Origin: Histomonas meleagridis 2922-C6/04-290x
Taxonomy: Eukaryota; Protista; Parabasalia
DNA length: 64,000 bases
Assembly (NCBI GenBank): GCA_020184695.1
Contig: JAANOX010000237.1
Span: forward strand, 124,001-188,000
Direction of reading: 5' to 3'
Part shown: piece after piece, positions 22,001 to 32,483 of the stretch
How positions within the stretch are numbered: position 1 is the stretch's first letter
How the letters are laid out: each line of letters opens with the position of its first letter
Notes under the pieces: model-generated
The model's input: only the letters and a program-made list of their open reading frames with translations
The model's database searches: none
Told to the model about the DNA's origin: nothing
Translations under genes and position numbers: made by a program

Positions 22001-25000
22001 GCTACTAATGTAATTTCATATATATAAAATGTTAAAGTTTTAATAAATGATTTAAATATATTTGGAAGATATTTATAATATTTATGATAATTAATTTTAT
22101 ATTGACTTAATTGGATATATAAAGTAAAGACAAAACTCGTCAAAATAGTTGTGAATAAAGAACCTGTTTGTACATCATAAATACCTAAATATTTTACCCA
22201 TTGTAAATATAATTCGACTCGATAAGGTGGTAATCGATATGTTAAATCAAATGTAGGTAATCCAGGTATAATATTTTGAGGGAATCCTAAATATAATATA
22301 TATTGAGCTAAAAAACAAATATTAAAAAATAATAATATACCTTTTGAATTATTATCTAAAAAGTTTTTGATCGATGTTAATAAAATTAAAATAATAAATG
22401 AAAATAATGCAAATACTGTTGTATTAAATATCATTGAAAAACTGATAAATCCAAATACAATTATAGGTAACATATAATGAAAGAAAACTCCAATCGCATA
22501 ATAAATTCGTAATGATTTATATTTCTTAAAATGATTTTTCTTTTTAGAAAAACTTGTTTTTGAAGGTTTGGATATAATTATAGTTAATAATAATAATAAT
22601 AACTCAAGGCCAATTGAATTAGCTTTTTTTTCAAAGTTTAAATCAGATTTACAAAAATATGTACCAAAATATGTAAGTATTCTTAATAAAAATGTTTGTT
22701 GATTATTAGGAAATACTAAATGAAATACAAATTGAATTATTATTAAAAATGTTACAAATATTAATAATGATGTTCGAACAATTGAAATATTTTTTGTTGA
22801 ATAAACACCAAAAGAAAAATAAATTAATAAAATTAATTTAATAATTGATGGATAATCATTTGTTATACTTAAAAAATATGATACTATCCATGAAATATAA
22901 TAATATATATTATAATATACACGTGATAATTCACATATAAATATATTATTACTAAAATCATAATTACTAAAATATTGTCGATTAAAAGCGATCGAACAAA
23001 AGAATAATAAAAATGATAAAAATAAATCATTATGTGTTTTAGAATTAGCAAAATTATTTATATCAACTACTTCTGAAGGTATTAAAACAGAAATTATATT
23101 TCTGGTTTCTTCAAAACGTGATAATAAATAAAAAGCTATCGTAAATACCACAACAAATCCATTAAAAATTACAGTCCATAATAACACAGTAAATTTCTTA
23201 TGATATATACATATTAATACTATACAACCTAAAAAGAAACATAATAATGAATGTAATGAAACATCGGAAAAAAACACAACTAAAAAATCAAAAATTGGCA
23301 CCAAAAAATAAAATAATATTTTCAATATTTCCGGGAAATCATTTTTCAAATATTTCTTTTGGAATGATAAAAATGTTGAAATAATAAATATTACAACTAT
23401 TTGCCAAGAATAAATATGTAAAGCTTCATTAGGTAAAAATCCAGAAATATATAATGTAGGGAAACTACCAAAATAATCTCCTTCATTTAATTTACCAGAA
23501 GCATAATACATATTAATGATTAACATAACACCAGAAATGAATTTAATAATTGGAAAGAAATAATGTTTAAATTGAATAACAAATACCATAACGATAAATA
23601 ATACACTTAATATTTGATATATCCAACGATTTTGATAAAACCCTAAATGAATTCCTAATACCATACAAACAATGACTAATAAATATAAAAATATTGTATA
23701 AAGTTTTGTAATAAAGAATTTAATAGTTTTTGTAATCTTTAATACTATTGTATTATGTATAATCGAATTCCCAATTTCTTCAATTTCATTAATAATTGTT
23801 AATTTCGGTATTTTTTTTATTATATTTATGTTTTGTTTTTGATATTTAATTCGTCCAACTTGTCCAATAAATGCTAATATCATATAACCTACAATTGAAA
23901 ATTGATAATTTCCAATGAATTTATATATCCCAAATAATTGAATAAATGATAATATTTCTTCAACGCCATCATTTTGTGGTACTGGGAACATTCCATAAAT
24001 AGTAAACACAGAAATAGCAAATGTTAATCCAAATACTAATGATAAAAATGGATAAAATCGATTTATCAAGTTCTTGAATGATGAAAAAGTCGATGAAACT
24101 ATAATTAACATAACTAAAACAGAAAAATATGAAGGGAAAAATAAGGAAAAAATAAAAATCGCAAAAAATGATAACACGACTAAGATATCAGAACTTAAAC
24201 ATAAAATGTTTGGAACGATTTTAGTGGCGCCTTTCTTCCAACCACTACATGATAATAATTGTATCGATGAATAACATAACGCAACTGCAAATATTAACTT
24301 CGCATTCCGATATTTGGTATCAGATATGAAATAATACTTAAAAAATCCGGCTTGCCATATTTCGCCAATATAACCTGAGAATAAAAACTCAACAAGTGAA
24401 TATAATAATGAATAGATTAAGACAATCCATGAAATAACTTTGTTGACAATTTCCCTACCAAAAAAAACACACGTTAAGTTGGAATAAATGTAATATAAAA
24501 ATAATGGCAATATTGAAAATGATAAACTGGTCGATAATAAAAATCCAATGGAAATGACATTAACAATGTCACAGATAAATTTTAAGTATAAGTTGTCAAA
24601 AATGGTTTTGCGATATTGATTTAAGCCTTCAATCGAAGATTTTGGTATAATCCCAATTATTATGCTGTTGGAAACAATGTGTAAAAGTGATGAAACCATG
24701 GCAAATATTGAGTCCTTAGTAAGGATAGTAGGATATGATATGCCAATTATTTTGGCTGCTTCACTATCCATTGGATCTGTAGTTGATACAACTGAAAATA
24801 TAAATAACACAATAGAAATTATTATTTCAATGTAAACAATAACAGTAATTTGTTTAAACGAATTGAAACGTGTAATTTGATTTGAAAATGTAACATGTAA
24901 AATTAATAAAAGTAAATATACTAAACCAACAATAGAAGTGGTTGAAAGAGCAGTACATGAAATTATGATGGGTGTTGTAAAATCTAATACAAAATGTAAA

Positions 25001-25143
25001 TAAAATGGATGAATTGTATTAAATTTTAATGGCGCTTCTTCTGCTTTCGGCTCTTTACTGAGATCCCCTTGAGCTACGATTTCATAAAAACTTTCTGATG
25101 ATTCAAAAACGCCTGAGGAAGATGAATCAGATTTCAGAAACAT
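19045..25143 (-). CDS. Divergent Piezo-family mechanosensitive channel homologue
   Basis: 2032-aa, very TM-rich. Anchor-like FPILLEFHSLLLWAGKKTLVSLNNFNLIQEL and CTD-like IKLYRNAGEFEKEYKL resemble Piezo PFLxELR..DW...TTLSL and LVRETGELELEE. Confidence 0.75.
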   Translation of the reverse strand: MFLKSDSSSSGVFESSESFYEIVAQGDLSKEPKAEEAPLKFNTIHPFYLHFVLDFTTPIIISCTALSTTSIVGLVYLLLLILHVTFSNQITRFNSFKQITVIVYIEIIISIVLFIFSVVSTTDPMDSEAAKIIGISYPTILTKDSIFAMVSSLLHIVSNSIIIGIIPKSSIEGLNQYRKTIFDNLYLKFICDIVNVISIGFLLSTSLSFSILPLFLYYIYSNLTCVFFGREIVNKVISWIVLIYSLLYSLVEFLFSGYIGEIWQAGFFKYYFISDTKYRNAKLIFAVALCYSSIQLLSCSGWKKGATKIVPNILCLSSDILVVLSFFAIFIFSLFFPSYFSVLVMLIIVSSTFSSFKNLINRFYPFLSLVFGLTFAISVFTIYGMFPVPQNDGVEEILSFIQLFGIYKFIGNYQFSIVGYMILAFIGQVGRIKYQKQNINIIKKIPKLTIINEIEEIGNSIIHNTIVLKITKTIKFFITKLYTIFLYLLVIVCMVLGIHLGFYQNRWIYQILSVLFIVMVFVIQFKHYFFPIIKFISGVMLIINMYYASGKLNEGDYFGSFPTLYISGFLPNEALHIYSWQIVVIFIISTFLSFQKKYLKNDFPEILKILFYFLVPIFDFLVVFFSDVSLHSLLCFFLGCIVLICIYHKKFTVLLWTVIFNGFVVVFTIAFYLLSRFEETRNIISVLIPSEVVDINNFANSKTHNDLFLSFLLFFCSIAFNRQYFSNYDFSNNIFICELSRVYYNIYYYISWIVSYFLSITNDYPSIIKLILLIYFSFGVYSTKNISIVRTSLLIFVTFLIIIQFVFHLVFPNNQQTFLLRILTYFGTYFCKSDLNFEKKANSIGLELLLLLLTIIISKPSKTSFSKKKNHFKKYKSLRIYYAIGVFFHYMLPIIVFGFISFSMIFNTTVFALFSFIILILLTSIKNFLDNNSKGILLFFNICFLAQYILYLGFPQNIIPGLPTFDLTYRLPPYRVELYLQWVKYLGIYDVQTGSLFTTILTSFVFTLYIQLSQYKINYHKYYKYLPNIFKSFIKTLTFYIYEITLVAIIIISSLLTSIDGLIFHIAISFLFFLNLLFDKPKNITLIVINSYSYLKLAFQLLSRMPIFISLAQGERVKVFFDLPFEGDSKQGYMWCIIFLLHKICVKIMSSKIYEEISIEKTKRMAYHYIRERELRIIDQLDQEIIYQRHKQEISTLDSNNFQISESIIKESNKNTENSNKWYHNFYRQYIYIILNKFILFLAETLPINDEAGINVLTLESLTLLMRKYLHCHEHGKDFELENREKEFLLSLPPSFKIQFTSLGYLVDFKFFDDKDFVKYLIRYFAMFLREISLPFLLLISIIYAFVRPYVFAVLILCFVIYGFCSLEIRELPNFTRIFYAFISIILCLRAASKVELMEEKFQEVNSMTSQYLISPLSLIGLEPQKSIAIEIFLYLATIFYVINKLRSSNLFNPSYYYQKFKKILPDFPDGYCYGIMDQSEYNLGMNIPQQYSAFHLIKKSMRKFGLCESNHHTLLFIFDLISLIILFLYWSNWENLPFFRFTLSFFIVLTIHILYMIIHYYCCLNDHIFIFYWIQLIYMLTTLVVIFFYLKTFPRFPNSLIFFILIRFIVHIISAHKCKKGRICTSYQKPSFIQNYSYIIISNYILRFFPILLEFHSLLLWAGKKTLVSLNNFNLIQELSRELEFIICCRIRKNNEQKEGIKKRNPIICIIIIIIFFVLLITSFGFVFYIDINHAQIPLHTTKLEIGFSNFPLFIISNSNSRHITEDEFQALFELNNDPQYELLTTQLLHDSIYIISFNTFSLNEFNLNENGIEFFENSLRNENMNIEPYLKFTFEFKINDKIQTSIISPININGLKLSNSQKLNLLNSYLYSNETLRMPLEIPFYFYVEDSNEINYQAFDTNFSLRYRNNLWRFNLDKNEVLNLIGRSENEFNVLFHSKDYIDDSQTYWGNSIPVLLYFMFLIIFGEILRQRTFLNLNKLWLDNMNVPFDLYQRIVTIKLYRNAGEFEKEYKLTEELLDQIKKFKNVENE

Positions 25144-25655
25144 AGGGAATGAAAACCGTTAAAAATCCGAGTAAAGTTTATAATCACCGTATTTTTCTGA
25201 GTATATTTATCGTTACTTTAGAATAAAATTTAAATCATTTTTCATTTGATTAATCAAACATATTTCATGAAATTAATTTACTAAATTAATAAAAACAATT
25301 AAAACATACTAAATGACCTAAAAAATTCATGTAATTTTTCTTATATAGAAATAATTGATTTTTTAATTAATTTATTACACAAATGAAAAAATGTTTATTT
25401 ACTTAAAATCTATTATTCCTAGTGTATTTACATCTTCCAAGATTACAAATGAACCAGAAAGCATGAAACGGCATCTGTGGTTGATCAATGACCTACTTTT
25501 GGAAGTCTTAGGCATGGGTAACAAAAATACCCAGTAAAATTTAAATTTTTAACATGGTTAGGTGTAACATTAAAACAGAAAATCTTAACGAATATATTAT
25601 AAAGTTTATATTAAAAAACCATTATAAAAAGCTTTTTACAATCAAAAATCATTTT

Positions 25656-25731
25656 TGAAGGGGCACCCCTTCATTCAATTTTTGAATACTTTGAATATAG
25701 TGGAACTTTTTGATCGGACCGATCAGAAAGT
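25656..25731. repeat. Two adjacent GC-rich inverted repeats
   Basis: TGAAGGGG-CA-CCCCTTCA (25656-25673) and ACTTTTTGATCGG-A-CCGATCAGAAAGT (25705-25731, one G-T mismatch). Confidence 0.75.
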
Positions 25732-26070
25732 GGCGTTTCAAAATTTTCCGAGTTGGAAAGAATAAAATGTAAAGATAGCACGATGCATACTTCGTTCAGT
25801 GCAACTTTTCCATAAATTTAATTACTTTTCTTATCATATATTAATGGAGCCAATATATGGTATTGATATTGATGAACTGATTGAAAAAATTGGCGGGGAA
25901 GATGAGAAAAAAAAGAAAATCAAAAAAAGATGAATTATAAATGCAACACAATTTCATGTCATCATTGGGAGATACATTGCATCAGCAAAGCTTGTTAAAA
26001 GGTAAAAACTATTATATAGTTAATGTCAACTTTTATGAATAATTAATATCAAATGAATGGTTTCAATATT

Positions 26071-28069
26071 TTATAAAATATTTTTATCATTAATATCAAT
26101 TCCTTCTTGTTCAAGAAGTAATTCAACTATTTCTGTATGACCTTTTTCAGATGCACAAATAAGTGCTGTTTTAAATAATTTGAACAATTTCCAAATATTA
26201 TTTTGAAACAAAAAATTATTAAAAAAAAATTTTTAAATAAAACAAATGAATATCTTTAGCATTAATATCAATTCCTTCTTGTTCAAGAAGTAATTCAACT
26301 ATTTCTGTATGACCATTTAAAGATGCATTAATAAGTGCTGTATTAAATAATTTGAATAATTTCCAAATATTATTTTGAAACAAAAAATTATTAAAATAAA
26401 TTTCATTTTTAGCATTAATATCAATTCCTTCTTTTTCAAGAAGTAATTTAACTATTTCTGTATGACAATTTAAAGATGCATTAATAAGTGCTGTTTCAAA
26501 TAATTTAAATAATTTCCAAATATTATTTAAAAATCCAAAATTATTAAAATAAATATTAAATAAAACAAATGAATATCTTTAGCATTAATATCAATTCCTT
26601 CTTTTTCAAGAAGTAATTTAACTATTTCTTTATGACAACTTAAAGATGCATTAATAAGTGCTGTTTCAAATAATTTAAATAATTTCCAAATATTATTTTG
26701 AAATATAAAATTATTAAAATAAATTCTAAATAAAACAAATAAATATTTTTAGCATTAATATCAATTCCTTTTTGTTCAAGAAGTAATTTAACTATTTCTG
26801 TATAACCATTATTAGATGCTTTCATAAGTGCTGTTTCAAATATTTTAAATAATTTCCAAATAGTATTTTGAAATATCAAATTATTAAAATAAATATTAAA
26901 TAAAACAAATGAATATCTTTAGCATTAATATCAATTCCTTTTTGTTTTAAAACGTATTCAACAAGTTCAATATTTCTTGATCCAGATGAAAATACCAAAA
27001 TATTATTCGGTATTGAATGATCTTTAAGTAAATATTCAACTGAAAAAATATTTCCAATCGTTGCTGCTTCGTTAATAATATCATCATTGATTTTCATTCC
27101 TTCTTTAACTAAAAATGAAAATATTTCATAGTTATGATATGAAATACAAAGCTTTCCTAATTTTTCTAAATTATAAATTTTTTTTAATTTATTCTCATAA
27201 GTATATTTAAAGATATCATTTCGATGGAATTGAATTGCTATTTCATATGCATCTTCAAATGATGAATGATTTTGTTCACATAAATGAATAATTTCTTCAT
27301 TTCCACCTGCAATTGCATATTTTCCTGTATTTTCTACTTTTGCATTGTTCAAGAGTAAATATTTGAAGCATTTAATAGATCCAAAGAATGCTGAATAATC
27401 AATTAATGAAACATTATCTTCATTAATGAATGGACATATTTCATAGAGTGATGGTTCTATATATTGATCAAAATCAAAATTTGTTTGTGATGATATTTCT
27501 TGAAGTTTTTCTGTTTCATCATTTCGAATTATTTTCGCAATTTCATTTGGATTATGTCCTTCTCTAATTAATTTCTGATGTAATTCCCAATCATTCTTTG
27601 AAAGCTCTTCATAATTTGGTAAGGCACTTACATATTCCCTTAAATGAATTGCTAATTCTTCTTTAGACATATAATGTGCAAAATAAGCACTCTGGTTGTT
27701 TTTTACAATGTTCGGTTCAAGAAAATTATGTTCAATCATAGCTTCAAGAAGATAATATGATTCATGTGTATGCTCATTATTAAGAAATTGACCAAATATA
27801 TCAAATATATTGGATTTGATTTTATTACTCTCTTCAAATGTTCTTATTTCTTTTATAATATTCAAAAATAAATCTATATTATTATTTTTAATTACAAAGG
27901 AATAATATATCATTTGAATAATAATTAAATCATAAGATAAAGGATGGATTTCATCAAATTTATTGATTATTAAACCTAAAGATCTAGAGAAATTTTCTTC
28001 ATTCAAACCAAAAATTGCTTGATTTATTGATAGAAGTGTTTCCCAGTCGCAACCTTCCTTTGGCCTCAT
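26071..28069 (-). CDS. DUF3447-ankyrin repeat protein (locus A), interrupted by 19 short non-GT/AG segments
   Basis: ORF 26876-28069 encodes a DUF3447-like region and ends just after GIDINAKD. Five more 90-nt ankyrin units follow (26745-26834, 26575-26664, 26405-26494, 26252-26341, 26080-26169). The 3' end at 26071 is uncertain. Confidence 0.8.
26170..26914 (-). other. Five arrays of 17-nt interruptions with single-codon spacers (locus A)
   Basis: 26835-26914 (4 elements; NDGE), 26665-26744 (4; RYGE), 26495-26574 (4; NWGE), 26342-26404 (3; EFGN), 26170-26251 (4, one 19 nt in homopolymer runs; KFGK). Confidence 0.92.
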
Positions 28070-28169
28070 GTGGAAAATATTAATAATGGATATAATTCAA
28101 ATTTGAATTAAAATTTGAGAGTATAAACTAGTGAAAAAGTTGAATTTTCAAGCAAAAATTTACAAGAGA

Positions 28170-28960
28170 CCGTTTGTTTACGATGGGTTATTTCCTTTCA
28201 ATCGTTGGAGGACGTTTACTGTGATCAACAAAAACGCTTGTTAACTGGCGAATACATAAAGTTTCTATTTCCATGTTTGATCTGTATTACTGGATTTAGT
28301 ATCAAATCATCATATCGTTCACTTCGTGCATGGAAAGTAAAAATTTAAGGTGAAGACTGTGATCCCACCACCACATTTCGAACAAAGGTGGTCAATCACT
28401 TAATGGTGAAGACAAGAAATTTGGTGTTACCTTGATAAGTTTATTACTACAAATAAAGTCAAGATAATTCAAAAAGGTTCTCATTGATCTAAAACTAAAT
28501 TTGTTTGTATTAAGATCTTTGAATTATTTTTGGATCAACCAGAGTTGTTGGAGGCGTTTTCGTAAAATGATTAAAAGCAAATGGGGACTCACGTTGAGCT
28601 GATGTTTACATTACTTCATCCAATTTTGATTTCCGTCGCTTTCATAAGCTATCACCACACATTCTCTTTGTACAAGGAACTATGCTAACTAATCTTGGTT
28701 TGAACCAATACGAACTAACAAAAGGAAAATCTGTTGTCCAAGGATCAAACGATTTGGACTGTTATAGGTCAAATAAGTACAACAAAAGGCGAAACAGCTT
28801 TGTTTGTTGCGAGAGAATATAACTCGATAAACTACTTAAGTACATAATGAAATGGCGTTAGAAGAAAAGAAGTTGCGATTTAGGATTGCAGCATGTGATG
28901 CACATCATGGCGATGAACACTTTGATAAATGGCTTATTACTTTAGCAGCTTATCACGAGC
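28170..28960 (+). pseudogene. Probable decayed coding relic of unknown family
   Basis: Higher GC than flanks, with protein-like fragments (FVYDGLFPFNRWRTF; MALEEKKLRFRIAACDAHHGDEHFDKW) broken by stops and frameshifts. Confidence 0.35.
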
Positions 28961-29174
28961 ACGTGTTGAAGAAGTAGATAAAATTAATAAAATGTAATAC
29001 AATGAATAATTTAAACCAAAATAAAAAAGTACAATTGTAACACGATCTAACATAAAACAGAACCGAAATGTATGATGTTTATAGATTTTTTTACTACAAT
29101 CTTCAATATGATAGTGATTCACTATGTGATAGCTTTTTGACCGTTTAAAAAATCTGCTCAACCACATCAAAAAA

Positions 29175-31961
29175 ATGTTTGATGATTTCCCAACATTATA
29201 TTCATATGTTCAAAGTGGTGAACAGGAAAAAATCAACATAGCTACAGAGCAAATTCTTCAAATGCAAGCACAACCGGGTTTTTTAGAATATCTTTTGAGA
29301 TTATTAATTCAAACAGGAGATCAAGGCCCTCAATTATTTATATCAACTCAAATAATGAATAATGTTAAGACATTTTGGGAAAATGATCAACTTTACTCAA
29401 ACAAACCAGAAATAAGAAATGCATTAATAAAAATTCTTATTAATGCGCCACCACTTATCATTGAAACAATAAGTAATACTATTTCATTAATTGCTCAAAG
29501 AGATTTTCCTTCTAGATGGGGTGACTTACTTCTTGAACTTGCAAATGGTCTTGAAAATGCTTCTCTCCAAAGTATTTATGCAATTACTCTTACAGCTCAA
29601 AATGTTCTTGAGAAATATAAACCATCTACTCATCTTCATTTTGAAGAAAGGAATCCAACATTAGAAGTCTGGGATGTAAGATCATTTGCCCTCATTTCTG
29701 AAATATTACCCCAAGCTCCAGCTTCCCCAGGAGTTTATAAATGTGTTGAAAATGTCATCAATATAATCAAATCATTATTTTCACAATCAATTCCCAAATT
29801 TTATGAAGATTGTTTACCTGCCTTACTAAGTGTTTTAACCAATTACATGATGATGAATTCCGAAGAATTAATACCCGTTAAAATCAAGATATGTAATCTT
29901 GTTAAAATGCTCATCGTACAATATCAACGTGAGTTTGCTGATTGGGGTAAAACTGAAGAAAATCGGAAAGAACCAGAACTAATTGAGCAACTTGTTGTAA
30001 ATTGGCATTCACTTTTGATGAGCGTTTTTACGGTTATTCAATGCGGCGACGATCAACTGATCGTATCGGCTTTTGATGCGCTCAACGCTTTAGCTCGTTC
30101 ACAGTCACGTGGAATCTTTCTAGAGAATAACTTACTTCAAAACCTTTGCAGCCAAATCTTAATACCTTGTATCCAACTTAATGATGAAGATTTATATAAT
30201 TTTGATAATAATCCATATGATTATTTTTCACGAGATATTGAAGGCATCGATGCATCAGGCTCTAAGCGGTCCTCAGCCAATTTATTCCTTCGCACACTTT
30301 GTCGTTACTTCCGAAATGAACTTTCTGCAGCATTTATGGCCAATTGCCAAAATTTACTTCAAAGTTATCAATCAGATCCTAAGACCTATTGGATTAATTT
30401 AGACACTGCAATTTTTATTATGGCAGCATTAGCAATTAAAGTAAATCTCTATGGAATTGGCGTTAAAGAAATTGCAGAAGGATTTGATATTGTTGGGTTT
30501 GTTAATCAATTTATTCTTCCACAACTTGATCCAAGTAATCAATTATATATATTACAAACAGATGCACTTAAATTCATTGTTGATTTTCGATTAATTATCA
30601 AAGAGATAATACCAGAGATCTTTCCAATCATTGTTCAATTATTACAATCACCATCAGCTGCTGTTATATTTTATTCATCATATTGTGTTGAACAAATTTT
30701 AAAGATGAAAGACATTGATAAACCGTTGTTGTTATCAAAAATCGATATACCGTTAATCATTCAAACACTATTCAAAATATTTCGGTTTAACGATGAACTC
30801 AACATTCAAGCAGTTCGATGTTTATTACGTATCGTCTGTGGTGGGCAACAGTTCATCCAACCACATATCCCTTCAATTACCAACACATTAATTGACTACA
30901 TTATGAAAATGTGTCAGCATCCAATTTATCCAGAATTTACACATCAAATTTTTGAAATATTTGCTGCTTCAATAACTAAAGCTAATGTAAATGTACAAGT
31001 TATTGAACAACAAATACTTCAAATGTGTACATTTATATTACAAAATAATGTAATTGATTATACACCATATGCATTTCAATTAATCGGAGTATATTTATTA
31101 GGAAATCCAGACGAAGTAAATCAATTTTATGTTGAACAATATACAAACTTTATAGCTCCACAAATATGGCAGCCACAAGGTAATATTCCTGCATTAACTT
31201 ATTTGATGAGAGCTTATTGCATCAAATTACCTCAATTAATATGCCAAAGTATGCCCCAAATACTGTTAATATGTCAACAATTATTACAAATGTCTTTATC
31301 AAATGTAAATGCATTCTCCATATTCACTTATATCTTTAGATATCTTCAACCTGAAATTACTTTACCTTATTTACAGCAAGTTATAGCTTTAATAGTACCA
31401 CAAATTGGTAATGAACAATTAATTAAATACAGGCAGTCATTTGCTGTTTTGATGGCAAACTTTGCCAACTTTTTGGGCCCGATCAATTTAATTCAAAATA
31501 TTAACGATGAAATCATTGACATATGGACCAAGTGTATACCGTTTACGCAATACAGAAAAAATACTGAAATTGTCATAGCCGGCGTTTTGAAAACTTTACT
31601 CGAGGCATCAAACTTAACGGCCGAAGCTTGGACGGCACTTTTTGTGGCGCTGATAGATTTACATGAAATGCCATACAATGAAAATTCGAGAAAAGAAGAA
31701 ATAAGCGAAATGCACGAAGAAGAGAAAAGCGCTATGGAATTCGACGTGACATTTAGTAAGTTGGAATGCGCAGAATTACCAATGTTTGATAATTATCCCG
31801 AATTGCATACTGTGGATTTGGGTGCTTTCATTGTTACTCAACTTGCGGCATTTAGTCAACAGCATCCCGGAGTGTTGATGCAGGCAGTGGCCCATTTGAA
31901 GCCAATATATCAACAACATTTTGTCAAATATCAAGAAAAGTACCAAGTTCAATTCTATTAA
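29175..31961 (+). CDS. CSE1: Exportin-2 / CSE1 (importin-alpha re-exporter)
   Basis: IBN_N-like N-terminus (AQRDFPSRWGDLL), Cse1 motifs NPYDYFSRDIEGIDASGSKRSSA and QPQGNIPALTYL. Confidence 0.85.
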   Translation: MFDDFPTLYSYVQSGEQEKINIATEQILQMQAQPGFLEYLLRLLIQTGDQGPQLFISTQIMNNVKTFWENDQLYSNKPEIRNALIKILINAPPLIIETISNTISLIAQRDFPSRWGDLLLELANGLENASLQSIYAITLTAQNVLEKYKPSTHLHFEERNPTLEVWDVRSFALISEILPQAPASPGVYKCVENVINIIKSLFSQSIPKFYEDCLPALLSVLTNYMMMNSEELIPVKIKICNLVKMLIVQYQREFADWGKTEENRKEPELIEQLVVNWHSLLMSVFTVIQCGDDQLIVSAFDALNALARSQSRGIFLENNLLQNLCSQILIPCIQLNDEDLYNFDNNPYDYFSRDIEGIDASGSKRSSANLFLRTLCRYFRNELSAAFMANCQNLLQSYQSDPKTYWINLDTAIFIMAALAIKVNLYGIGVKEIAEGFDIVGFVNQFILPQLDPSNQLYILQTDALKFIVDFRLIIKEIIPEIFPIIVQLLQSPSAAVIFYSSYCVEQILKMKDIDKPLLLSKIDIPLIIQTLFKIFRFNDELNIQAVRCLLRIVCGGQQFIQPHIPSITNTLIDYIMKMCQHPIYPEFTHQIFEIFAASITKANVNVQVIEQQILQMCTFILQNNVIDYTPYAFQLIGVYLLGNPDEVNQFYVEQYTNFIAPQIWQPQGNIPALTYLMRAYCIKLPQLICQSMPQILLICQQLLQMSLSNVNAFSIFTYIFRYLQPEITLPYLQQVIALIVPQIGNEQLIKYRQSFAVLMANFANFLGPINLIQNINDEIIDIWTKCIPFTQYRKNTEIVIAGVLKTLLEASNLTAEAWTALFVALIDLHEMPYNENSRKEEISEMHEEEKSAMEFDVTFSKLECAELPMFDNYPELHTVDLGAFIVTQLAAFSQQHPGVLMQAVAHLKPIYQQHFVKYQEKYQVQFY

Positions 31962-32483
31962 AAATCATTTTTTAAGCTCAAATTGTTTTTGTTTTGTGAT
32001 TCACTATAACCAATGAAAATGTGCGAAATTTCGTTTACAGATCTGGAAACACTTTATCCACAAGTGTAAGTGAATAAAAAAACATTTCAACAAAAAAATA
32101 TTCGTAACTATGCTGCCATGAAAAACATGTTGACGAATGAAAAAACTGTAAACTTACACCTCAAAATAATATATTCGTATATTAATAGAGAACATATTAA
32201 TATATTTTTGATAAATTTTTTTGTTTACATTTGTTATTTTCGCAAACTTCACTTAGGAGAACGTTAAAGCAAAAAGAATTTTTTAATTGATTTTTATTTT
32301 GTTTGGGACAGAAGATAGGTGAAAAATATGAACAAAAAAATTATTATCAAACTATATAAATTTTTTTTTTTTGTTTTCATGTTTAGTTATTCCACATGTA
32401 CATTATTCTTTTATAGAGCATTACCTAAGTATTACATTGCAAAAACATTATTATGGATAAAAATTAGATCTAAGTACATATTG

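Noticed and set aside
26000-26079. Further elements after the last ankyrin unit of locus A
   Set aside because: No consistent 17-nt parse, so the true 3' end is left uncertain.
26840-26900. Stem-loop (AATAATTT/AAATTATT; TTTC...GAAA) as the defining structure of the insert
   Set aside because: It is present in loci A and B but not conserved in the diverged C and D copies, and such pairing is easy to obtain in sequence this AT-rich.
26835-26914. Treating each 63-80 nt insert as a single GT-AG or AT-AC intron (internal GTTTT...ACAG, or AT...AC)
   Set aside because: These boundaries shift the frame or delete the conserved Thr, and the AG is absent from many copies. The 17+3 parse fits nearly all copies.
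26495-26914. Programmed -1 frameshift producing an inserted IFQNNIWKLF peptide, since the -1 frame is open in locus A
   Set aside because: Other copies need 0 or +1 shifts or carry stops in the needed frame. The apparent conserved Trp codon is T+GG from the retained GGA Gly codon.
26080-26914. CRISPR-like array (regular repeat-spacer look)
   Set aside because: The repeats are ankyrin codons in a eukaryotic gene, the spacers are homologous to each other, and there are no cas genes.
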